A stretch of 26,402 bases of DNA from a virus: the IMG/VR virus record IMGVR_UViG_3300012668_000143, positions 1 through 26,402 of that record; one strand, 5' to 3'. A program made the position numbers and the translations under genes. Below, piece by piece: positions 7,804 to 15,396 of the stretch; the stretch's first letter is position 1, and every line of letters starts with the position of its first letter. The notes beneath the pieces were generated by a model that was given only the letters and a program-made list of their open reading frames with translations, did no database searches and was not told the DNA's origin.

Positions 7804-8338
7804 CAGCGCCTATTGGGAGCGCTATCGGGCGATGGATATAACGCCTGTAGGCGCCATGCTAACTGCCTTGCGTATCGGATTGGTAAATTCGTTTTATTCA
7901 GGTCCGATCCTCGATATAGGTATCGGCGGCGGAAAATTTGTTACTGACCGGGCGGAGACGGATGGCTACGACGTGAATACTGAGGCTCGCGCGTGGCTGA
8001 TGAATAGAGGAAAATTCCGCGATCCATATGTGGGGCGTGTGGCGGCTATAACGTGCTGGGATTCTCTGGAGCATATCGACAATCCAGGCTCGCTCCTGCG
8101 GAATGTCGATAGATTCGTGTTCGTGTCGATCCCGATCTTTCTGGATGCGGCGCACGTGCTCGTCAGCAAGCACTATCGTAAGACCGAGCATTACTGGTAT
8201 TTCACGGCGCCCGGCTTGATCTGGTTCATGGATCAATTTGGTTTTGGATTGGCTGGGTCTAATGTAATGGAGCAGTCTGTCGGACGCGAGGACATCGGCA
8301 CGTTCGTGTTCGAACGCGTGGCGCGCTATGGGGCTTAG
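7700..8338 (+). CDS. Class I SAM-dependent methyltransferase
   Basis: ILDIGIGGG motif I, GYDVN, WDSLEHI..P, EHYWYFT. Start placed at TTG 7700 behind GAGGAA; the ORF track extends to 7469. Confidence 0.8.
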   Translation: MTDSLIDSLGVQRLRWLPELNLGWYPVAGQSSTYDSAYWERYRAMDITPVGAMLTALRIGLVNSFYSGPILDIGIGGGKFVTDRAETDGYDVNTEARAWLMNRGKFRDPYVGRVAAITCWDSLEHIDNPGSLLRNVDRFVFVSIPIFLDAAHVLVSKHYRKTEHYWYFTAPGLIWFMDQFGFGLAGSNVMEQSVGREDIGTFVFERVARYGA

Positions 8339-8405
8339 AGCGGGGCGGTTGCGCCACAAGGTACAGATTGTCGCGCGAGTGACCGGGTGGAGGTCGGCGG
8401 CATGA
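8328..8405 (+). pseudogene. N-terminal stub of a phage head-closure (head-tail adaptor) gene
   Basis: MGLRAGRLRHKVQIVARVTG...stop matches the RAGxLRHRVxI start typical of SPP1 gp16-like proteins; only 25 aa. Confidence 0.6.
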
Positions 8406-8500
8406 GCAAGCGTGTGGTGATTGGGGATGCGACGCTTTATTGTGGAGATTGCATGGAGATGAAATCGAGGAGTAGATGCGTTTTTTCGGCCATGATCTGA
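8402..8500 (+). pseudogene. N-terminal stub of a site-specific DNA (N6-A/N4-C) methyltransferase
   Basis: GGAGG SD, then MSKRVVIGDATLYCGDCME, the usual start of phage beta-class MTases; truncated before DPPY and reads out of frame into the portal start. Confidence 0.6.
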
Positions 8501-9888
8501 CGATAACCAAGTCAGCACCTACCGGCCTGTCCGTACCATCCTATAGCGGCTCCGGGGGATGGTTCGGCGTAGTCCGCGAAGGCTTCAGTGGCGCATGGCA
8601 GCGCAACATCGAAGTCGAGTCGCGCGAGAACATCCTTGCGTTTTCTGCGGTGTATGCCTGCGTGAGCTTGATAGCCGGCGATATATCCAAGCTGCGGCTA
8701 AAACTCACGCGCAAAACGGGCGATGGCGTGTGGGAAGAATTCGACAGTCCAGCGTTCAGCCCAGTGCTACGCAAGCCGAACGGGTATCAGACGCATATTC
8801 AGTTTGTCGAGCAGTGGATCATCGCCAAGCTCATACATGGCAACGCCTATATCTACAAAGAGCGCGATGCGCGCGGCGTGGTGACAGACCTGTATGTCCT
8901 CGACAGCCGGCGCGTTCGTGTATTGGTCGCCGACGATGGCGGTGTCTACTATCAACTGAGCCGGGATGATCTCTCTCAGGTTGGCGATGGTATGACTGTT
9001 CCTGCGAGCGAGATCATTCATGATCGGATGAATTGCTTTTATCATCCGCTGGTCGGCGTAAGTCCTATCTCAGCGTGTGGTGCGTCGTCTACGCAGGGGA
9101 TAAGGATACAGGCCAATAGCGCCAAGTTCTTCGAGAATATGTCGCGGCCAAGCGGACAATTGACGGCTCCGGCGCGAATCGATGATGAAACGGCGGCACG
9201 CTTGAAACGGGAATTCGAAGAAGGGTTTTCAGGCAGCAATCTAGGCCGTCTATTCGTCAGCGGGAACGGGTTGAAATACGAGCCGATAGCGATTCCGCCG
9301 CAGGACGCGCAATTGATTCAGCAATTGGAATGGACTGGCCGCGATGTGGGCAACTGCTTCCATGTTCCGTTGCACAAATTGGGGATCGGACAGCCGACGC
9401 TGAACAACATCGCTGCGCTGAATCAGGACTATTACGCGCAATGTCTGCAAAAGATCATAGAGGACGCAGAAGCTCTTTTGGATGAAGGGCTGGCGCTTCC
9501 TGTAGGGTATTCAGCCGAGTTCGACCTTGAAGGTTTGTTGCGGATGGACCCGCCAGCACGGGCAGAAGTGAATGAGAAGGCAACGCGCGCAGGGATCATG
9601 ACGCCGAATGAGGGGCGACGGAGTATGAATCTGCCACCTGTGACGGGTGGTGACACACCCTACCTTCAGATGCAGAATTATTCACTTAGCGATCTTTCCA
9701 AACGTAGTGCTTTGCCCAATCCGTTTTCCGCTGCTATGCCTACGCAACAGAATCCATCTATACCGCCGCCGACACTGCCGGGAGACGCTACTGGCAAGGC
9801 TCTTGCGATAGATATAGAAGATGAACTGGAAGCCATAATGTTGTTCGCAAAGACGGACTTGAGGAAAGAATTGTGTCTGCCATACTAA
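8476..9888 (+). CDS. Portal protein, HK97 family
   Basis: AVYACV..IA..IS.L, KPN.YQT, L.HGNAY, EIIH, GVSPI, FF.N..RPSG.L, F.VP..KLG and TPNE.R...NLPP..GGD motifs. Confidence 0.97.
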   Translation: MRFFGHDLTITKSAPTGLSVPSYSGSGGWFGVVREGFSGAWQRNIEVESRENILAFSAVYACVSLIAGDISKLRLKLTRKTGDGVWEEFDSPAFSPVLRKPNGYQTHIQFVEQWIIAKLIHGNAYIYKERDARGVVTDLYVLDSRRVRVLVADDGGVYYQLSRDDLSQVGDGMTVPASEIIHDRMNCFYHPLVGVSPISACGASSTQGIRIQANSAKFFENMSRPSGQLTAPARIDDETAARLKREFEEGFSGSNLGRLFVSGNGLKYEPIAIPPQDAQLIQQLEWTGRDVGNCFHVPLHKLGIGQPTLNNIAALNQDYYAQCLQKIIEDAEALLDEGLALPVGYSAEFDLEGLLRMDPPARAEVNEKATRAGIMTPNEGRRSMNLPPVTGGDTPYLQMQNYSLSDLSKRSALPNPFSAAMPTQQNPSIPPPTLPGDATGKALAIDIEDELEAIMLFAKTDLRKELCLPY

Positions 9889-10601
9889 AAAGTTGCACTA
9901 GCTGCAAAGTGGCGAAACCGCTAGATGAGTTCAATAAGAATCATAGACCATGCATAAAGCCAAATCGTAGAGGCCATGGTGTTATATCTCAGTGCAAGGC
10001 ATGCTGTAGCCATCGAGCCGATCCAACGCTGCGAGGCAGACGAGAGCACATAGCAGCCTTAGTGGCGCGGCAGTTGAAAATGTGCGGCACCTGCAAACAA
10101 GGATTACCTCACTCGGCATTCCATAAGCGTGTCGCATCGGATGATGGACTTGCATTTGCATGCAAGCAATGCATAAACGAGAACAGCAAGAAATGGCGGG
10201 AGGCGAATCCTAATGCAAGCAAAGAATGGGAGAAAGCGCATAGCGTGGAACGGCTTGCTTATCGCACTCAATGGCGATCTGAGAATTTAGAGAGTCGTAA
10301 AGAATATATGGCTCGATGGGCAAAAGCCAATCCCCACAAAGTAAACGCGCTAATCGCCAAGCGCACAGCGGCCAAGTTTCAAGCCACAGTATCGTGGTCA
10401 AACCAATCCGCCATTGAAGCCATCTATGCAGAGGCAACGCGCCTGACGCGGGAGACTGGCATTCGCCATGAAGTAGATCACATCGTACCGCTTCAAGGAA
10501 AAATCGTCAGTGGATTGCATTGGGAAGGCAATCTGCAAATCATGACGAAGAGCGAAAACATCGCGAAGTTGAATCGTTACTGGCCGGACGCCCCGACATG
10601 A
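9873..10601 (+). CDS. Free-standing HNH endonuclease (paralogue of 394..1080) with two Cys4 zinc fingers
   Basis: CTSC..CKAC and CGTC..CKQC; HEVDHIVPLQG..VSGLH...NLQ....EN..K.NR.WPD. GTG start overlaps the portal stop; ATGA overlap downstream. Confidence 0.9.
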   Translation: MSAILKSCTSCKVAKPLDEFNKNHRPCIKPNRRGHGVISQCKACCSHRADPTLRGRREHIAALVARQLKMCGTCKQGLPHSAFHKRVASDDGLAFACKQCINENSKKWREANPNASKEWEKAHSVERLAYRTQWRSENLESRKEYMARWAKANPHKVNALIAKRTAAKFQATVSWSNQSAIEAIYAEATRLTRETGIRHEVDHIVPLQGKIVSGLHWEGNLQIMTKSENIAKLNRYWPDAPT

Positions 10602-12706
10602 TCGAAAAACAAGAGATTTCATCTTTGATGAAGGCGGTCGCCGGAGTAGTGCGCGAGTATGTCGATGGCAAAGCCGATCCACTAGGCACCCGTCTTGCCG
10701 ACTTGGAAACGCGCATAGAAGAAGTCTCAAAGCCAGATCGCTTCAAGTCGTACCTTGACGATTCATTCGATGCGGCGCGCAAAGAAAATGTTGGCTTTGG
10801 CGACAAACTCGGCGGCATAGAGAAGCGGCTTGATGCCACTAACGCGGCCATTGCCGGTGCCGTAGAGCCATTCGGTGTTCGTCTCGCGGGCTTAGAGGCC
10901 AAAGTCGAAGAAGCGGCCAACACAGAGCGATTTCGGCCATTCCTTGAATCTGCTCTGGATGCGGTGCGCAAGGAAAGCGGCGCGGTCGATGAGAAATGGG
11001 GCGAGATCGAAAAGCGGCTGGAGTCGTCTGGTGCGGCCATTGCCGACCTGATTGATCCGTTGGAACTAAAACTTGCAGGGCTGGATGCGCACGTCAGGAA
11101 TGTTGTTACCACTATTCCTGCCGATCGGTCGGATGAAATTGCCGAACAAGTGCGCGTCGCACGCGAGGAAATCGCAACGGTCGGCAAGAGAATCGACGGT
11201 TTAGAACCGCGTCTTGAAGGAGTATCCAAAAGCGCGATCGAAGTGGTAACGCCTATTTCGGAAAGAGTCATTCGCTTAGAGACGCGCTACGAAGATGTAA
11301 AGCGTGACGCGATTGAGGCCGGCATTGCCAAGGCGATCAACGACTTCTCAGGAAAGGAAGTAACGCCGCTGAATGGCAAGATCGGCATGCTCGAAGCGCG
11401 GCTGGAGGATATTGCAAAAACGGCTGAAGCAGTTAATCCTTTGACCGGAAAGATCGATGACTTGTCGGCACGATTCAGCGAAGTCGCTGCGGCGAATGAT
11501 GCGCGACACGAACAAAGCCTGAAGTCGGTAGAGGTTGCAATAGTCGAAGCCGTAAAGCAACTGCCTCCTCCTAAGGACGGCGAACACGGCAAGGATGGTG
11601 TAAGCGCATATCAGCTCGCGGTAAGCAAAGGTTTCTCTGGATCGGAGGACGAATGGCTAGGATCGCTAAAAGGACTCATCGGAATCAAAGGAGATGCAGG
11701 CGAATCTATCATTGGGCCAAAGGGCGATCCTGGTAAGGATGCCGAGCCGGTTGATATAGAGGTTGTCGTCAAGGAAGTCGTTGCGCAAATTCCGGTGCCG
11801 AAGGATGGGAAAGACGGCAAGGACGCAGAACCAGTCTCAGATGAACTGATACGCGCTGAAGTTGCGAAGGCCGTTGCGGAAATCCCAAAACCTAAAGACG
11901 TGGCTCCTGAAGTTGTTGCAGAGATGATCGCCGCTGAAGTTCGAAAAGCGGTATCAGAACTGCCAAAAGCAAACGATGGGAAAGACGGTTTGGCAGGAAA
12001 AGATGCGGAGCCGGTAGATGTCGAGAAGATTGTTGGAGATGTTATCGCCAAGATGCCTGTGCCGAAGGATGGCGAGCGAGGCCCGCCCGGAGAAAGCATT
12101 GTGGGGCTTAAAGGTGATCCAGGGCGCGAGGTGCCTATAGAAGTGGTCTCGGCGCTGGTCGCTGGCGAAGTGGCAAAGGCGATAGGGTCTATCCCAAAAC
12201 CTGAGAAGGCGCGGGATGGCGAAGATGGCCGCGACGCGCTGCACATAGAAGTGCTACCCACTATAGACACGAGCAAGAGTGTTCCACGCGGAACATTCGC
12301 AAGTCACAACGGCGGGCTATGGCGAGCCGCCAGAAACACTGATCCAGGCGACGATCTGCACCTGTGCGGCTGGCAGTCACTTGTTGAAGGCTTCCCCGAA
12401 ATCGAGATTGACCAAGGTGAGGATTTACGGACGTTCACGCTGCGTGCGGTGAGTTCTAGCGGTCGCAAGATAGAAAAACTGTTTTCGTTGCCGGTGATGA
12501 TTGACCGTGGAGTGTTCAAGTCAGAAGCGGCATACGTTGCCGGTGATGTTGTGTCATATGGCGGGAGCATTTGGATTGCGCAGCATGAAACGAAAGATAC
12601 GCCCGGAATGAGCGACGGTTTTCGGCTTGCTGTCAAAAAAGGACGTGATGGAAAGGATGTAGCGCTGTTATCACCTAAGACGCAACAACAGGTAAGGTTA
12701 AAGTAA
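10598..12706 (+). CDS. Portal-adjacent virion protein: coiled-coil repeats, collagen-like G-x-D-G segments, C-terminal beta domain
   Basis: 63-aa tandem repeats, SAYQLAV..GF.GSE.EWL.SLKG, repeated PKDG/GKDAEPV, C-terminal GRDAL.IE.LP.ID..KS.PRG...GGLWRA...Y..GD.V.YGGS.W. Start taken at ATG 10598 (ATGA overlap). Confidence 0.8.
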   Translation: MIEKQEISSLMKAVAGVVREYVDGKADPLGTRLADLETRIEEVSKPDRFKSYLDDSFDAARKENVGFGDKLGGIEKRLDATNAAIAGAVEPFGVRLAGLEAKVEEAANTERFRPFLESALDAVRKESGAVDEKWGEIEKRLESSGAAIADLIDPLELKLAGLDAHVRNVVTTIPADRSDEIAEQVRVAREEIATVGKRIDGLEPRLEGVSKSAIEVVTPISERVIRLETRYEDVKRDAIEAGIAKAINDFSGKEVTPLNGKIGMLEARLEDIAKTAEAVNPLTGKIDDLSARFSEVAAANDARHEQSLKSVEVAIVEAVKQLPPPKDGEHGKDGVSAYQLAVSKGFSGSEDEWLGSLKGLIGIKGDAGESIIGPKGDPGKDAEPVDIEVVVKEVVAQIPVPKDGKDGKDAEPVSDELIRAEVAKAVAEIPKPKDVAPEVVAEMIAAEVRKAVSELPKANDGKDGLAGKDAEPVDVEKIVGDVIAKMPVPKDGERGPPGESIVGLKGDPGREVPIEVVSALVAGEVAKAIGSIPKPEKARDGEDGRDALHIEVLPTIDTSKSVPRGTFASHNGGLWRAARNTDPGDDLHLCGWQSLVEGFPEIEIDQGEDLRTFTLRAVSSSGRKIEKLFSLPVMIDRGVFKSEAAYVAGDVVSYGGSIWIAQHETKDTPGMSDGFRLAVKKGRDGKDVALLSPKTQQQVRLK

Positions 12707-12723
12707 ACCACTAGAGGAAAATC

Positions 12724-12942
12724 ATGAGAATCAAAATCATTGAAAGTTTTCGCTCAGACAAGGGCTATATCTCATCCGGCACAGAGCAGGAAGTTGATGA
12801 TGACGCAGGTATGAAGCTCATTCGCGGCGGTGTTGCTGAAGAAATCGGCGTGAAGCCAAAGCGGGCGCGTAGGGCTGAAGCGCACGGGATAGAAGAAACC
12901 GACACAAGCGAAGGCGACGCCGCTGCGAAAGATGCGGCATAG
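12724..12942 (+). CDS. Small hypothetical virion-associated protein
   Basis: GAGGA SD; 72 aa; G...EVDD..G.KLI..GVAE pattern seen in small head-module proteins. Confidence 0.65.
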   Translation: MRIKIIESFRSDKGYISSGTEQEVDDDAGMKLIRGGVAEEIGVKPKRARRAEAHGIEETDTSEGDAAAKDAA

Positions 12943-12970
12943 CGCAGGCCGCTATAGGAATGTAGGAATC

Positions 12971-12997
12971 AGGGGCCACGCGGCCCCTTAGTTTTTT
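12971..12997 (+). terminator. Probable Rho-independent terminator
   Basis: AGGGGCC-acgc-GGCCCCT then TAGTTTTTT. Confidence 0.55.
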
Positions 12998-13021
12998 AGA
13001 GATGGAAAAAGGCGTGGCCGA

Positions 13022-13169
13022 ATGAGAGACGTTAAAGCCTACATGCGCGCTTACTACGAAGCGCATAACGCTCCAAGGGCGCTCTGTGAGCGGCCTTCAT
13101 GTTCCAACCAACTTGCGTGTTATTCCTGCGGCGGAAAACTTTCGCAAGAGTTATCGTTACGCTGCATAA
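13022..13169 (+). pseudogene. Internally deleted HNH endonuclease remnant (same family as 394 and 9873)
   Basis: MRDVKAYMRAYYEAHN joined out of frame to LQGRSVSGLHVPTNLRVIPAAENFRKSYRYAA* (13071-13169); the VDHIVP segment is missing. Confidence 0.8.
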
Positions 13170-13181
13170 AGGGGAATTAAA

Positions 13182-13610
13182 ATCGCATCCTATGTGAAAT
13201 TTAACGCCTTCGTCGAAAACCAGTGGAATAGCAAGATGGACTGGGACGCCGACGTATTCAAGGTGATGCTCACCAACACCGCGCCGGTGGCTACGAACAG
13301 CGTCAAGGCCGATCTCACCGAGATCACGGCGGGTAATGGCTATACGGCTGGCGGTACGGCGACGACGATTACCACGAGTCGCACGACCGGGACACTTACG
13401 GTCAGCGGCACGCAGGTAGTATTCACAGCCGCAGCAGGCACGATAGGGCCGTTCCGTTACGCTGTGCTGTACGACGACACCATTACGACGCCAGCAGATC
13501 CGCTGGTATCGTTTTGGGACTATGGATCGTCGATCACTCTGAACGACAGCGAGACATTCACGGTAATGTTCTCTTCGGCAAGCCCAGGTTCAATACATAC
13601 TGTGTCTTGA
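13182..13610 (+). CDS. Putative virion structural protein (fibre module); start ATC 13182 or GTG 13194
   Basis: Thr/Gly-rich beta protein (D.FKVMLTNTAP, EI..GNGYTAGG, IGPFRYAVLYDDT, DYGSSITL). SD AGGGGA 13170-13175 is spaced for ATC 13182. Confidence 0.8.
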   Translation: MASYVKFNAFVENQWNSKMDWDADVFKVMLTNTAPVATNSVKADLTEITAGNGYTAGGTATTITTSRTTGTLTVSGTQVVFTAAAGTIGPFRYAVLYDDTITTPADPLVSFWDYGSSITLNDSETFTVMFSSASPGSIHTVS

Positions 13611-13611
13611 T

Positions 13612-13954
13612 ATGGCATGTGTCTACTTATTAACTACGAATCACAAGAAATGCTATATCGGCATGACAAGCACGCCTGTTGCCGAACGATTCAGAAGCCA
13701 TTGCATGCTGTCCGGAAGAAAAAATAAAGCGATCCTCTGCCATAAAAAAGGCGTTCTCAGACCCGGAAACAAGAGCAAGGCTAGTAGTTGCACAAAAGCG
13801 TGGGAATGCTGATCCTGCCGTGAAAGCGAGGAAGTCTGAAATCATGAAACAGCGAATGGCAGACCCAGAATACCGGCGAAAGGTGATTGAGCGGATGTTG
13901 AAGGCGCGGGGCATTGAGTACGTGGTGGCTCCTGAAGCCGTTACCATTTCCTAA
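13612..13954 (+). pseudogene. Internally deleted, frameshifted GIY-YIG endonuclease remnant
   Basis: MACVYLL...YIGMT....ERFRSH (GIY-YIG N-terminus) joined out of frame near 13703-13712 to FSDPETRARL, NADPAVKARK and MADPEYRRKV repeats like those in 4939..5976. Confidence 0.75.
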
Positions 13955-13967
13955 AGGGACAGCCCAC

Positions 13968-14480
13968 ATGGACTACCGAACATTGCAAACCGAAATACTG
14001 GGAGGCCAGCAAGCGTCAGCCTGCGCGCCGTTTGTCCACACCAACATCATGCCAAAGATAGGCGCAGCTGAGGCGGCGACGAAGGATCAGGCCATCGCAG
14101 ACATTCTGAATGCGGTGCCGGACACGATCATTGCCGACGCGATCACGGTCGAAGCGTTGTTCGACGCGCTGTATCAAACTGGTGATTACGCCTTGCTGAA
14201 GGCGGCGCAACTCGGCGGCGATGTGGACGCTGCGGTAGCGTTCGCAATGATTAACGACGCTCAGACATTGGGCGGCGGGCGCGTGCATCTCAACGCGCAA
14301 ACGACGACCGGGCAATTCAGCAAAGTAATGGGTAAAGGGCTGATTACGCCGGCTGGCATGGCGGCGATTCAAGCCAAGGCCGTGACGGAAACGACGCGGA
14401 TGAAGAAACTATTCGGTGCTGATGTTACTGCGGCGGATGTGAGCCGGGCAGTGCGTGGGCCTTGGGGAGATGAAGGATGA
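13968..14480 (+). CDS. Hypothetical virion protein (fibre module)
   Basis: AAGGGA SD, ATG 13968, Ala-rich helical sequence, ATGA-coupled to the next gene. Confidence 0.7.
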   Translation: MDYRTLQTEILGGQQASACAPFVHTNIMPKIGAAEAATKDQAIADILNAVPDTIIADAITVEALFDALYQTGDYALLKAAQLGGDVDAAVAFAMINDAQTLGGGRVHLNAQTTTGQFSKVMGKGLITPAGMAAIQAKAVTETTRMKKLFGADVTAADVSRAVRGPWGDEG

Positions 14481-14956
14481 GTTTGACATTAACGCAGATG
14501 GGAACCTTGCGTGCCTTGGCTGACGCTGATCCGACCGCGCACGATCTGGAATTGGCGGGTGACGACGTAGCGCTCGCGGCGTGGTTCAACGTGGTCGATC
14601 CGGCTTATTGGGTTTGGCGAACCAGAGTCACTGCCAGAGAGGTAATGTCAGATGCAGCGTTCGACTGGACGCGCGTGGACAACCTTACAGTAGGCAAGGC
14701 GCGGATTTGGGATTTGATGTTCAAGTACGGAGACATTGACGCGAGTAGCGGAAATGTACGAGCTGGCATCGATGCCGCGTGGATCGGCACTGCCGCAGAT
14801 TTGGCAGTCAAGGCATCGGTGTATACGAAGTGCAAGCGCAACGCGACGCGCGCGGAAAAGGCGCTGGCGACCGGTAGCGGAACGAATGCCACTCCTTCTG
14901 TGATGGGCTTCGAGGGGATGATCGACTACGGTACGGCTTCGCAGATTCGGAGTTAA
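14477..14956 (+). CDS. Hypothetical virion protein (fibre module)
   Basis: 159-aa ORF translationally coupled to its neighbours. Confidence 0.75.
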   Translation: MSLTLTQMGTLRALADADPTAHDLELAGDDVALAAWFNVVDPAYWVWRTRVTAREVMSDAAFDWTRVDNLTVGKARIWDLMFKYGDIDASSGNVRAGIDAAWIGTAADLAVKASVYTKCKRNATRAEKALATGSGTNATPSVMGFEGMIDYGTASQIRS

Positions 14957-14958
14957 GC

Positions 14959-15387
14959 ATGGCCTCATCTGTTAACGAATTCCAGATTTTGTGGGCAGCG
15001 GCAACCAGCAAGACGGTATCTGCAAACACTATCCAATGGTCTGACGCAGTGACGCTCAATATAGAGGATTGGGATGCGAGCGTTCAAGTCAACGCAGACA
15101 ACGCTGGCACTCCGGCGAGCGGCGATACTGCCGACGTATACGTGGGATGGAGCGACGGTGACGTTCTAGGGGACAGCGGTAACGACCACGATTCCGACGA
15201 GCACTCCGAATTCGTAGGCCGGCTCGACACCTACGGCGCCAATACTCCAGGCGAAGACCCGGCACGCAAAACATGGTCGCTGATGGTGAGCGGCAAGACG
15301 GCGCTGAGAATCGGTGTTATTTGCGCACAAGCAGCGACGCGCAATATTAGCGTGCGCGCCAGACTGAACACCCATCGCCCGCAATAG
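14959..15387 (+). CDS. Hypothetical virion protein, beta-rich (fibre module)
   Basis: 142-aa ORF 2 nt after the previous stop; alternating beta-strand pattern. Confidence 0.75.
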   Translation: MASSVNEFQILWAAATSKTVSANTIQWSDAVTLNIEDWDASVQVNADNAGTPASGDTADVYVGWSDGDVLGDSGNDHDSDEHSEFVGRLDTYGANTPGEDPARKTWSLMVSGKTALRIGVICAQAATRNISVRARLNTHRPQ

Positions 15388-15396
15388 GAGACATGC

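Noticed and set aside
1059-9888. Group I introns or inteins hosting the endonucleases
   Set aside because: terL, capsid and portal are uninterrupted and of normal length; all HEGs are intergenic, with no room for a ribozyme core.
11570-12240. CRISPR array or DGR template/variable repeat pair among the repeated segments
   Set aside because: The repeats are in-frame coding units that vary at synonymous positions; no spacers, no adenine-specific pattern, no cas or RT gene.
15393-15395. ATG start for the fibre gene implying a frameshift
   Set aside because: The ATG is only 2 nt from the AGGAG SD and out of frame; TTG 15397 is well spaced.
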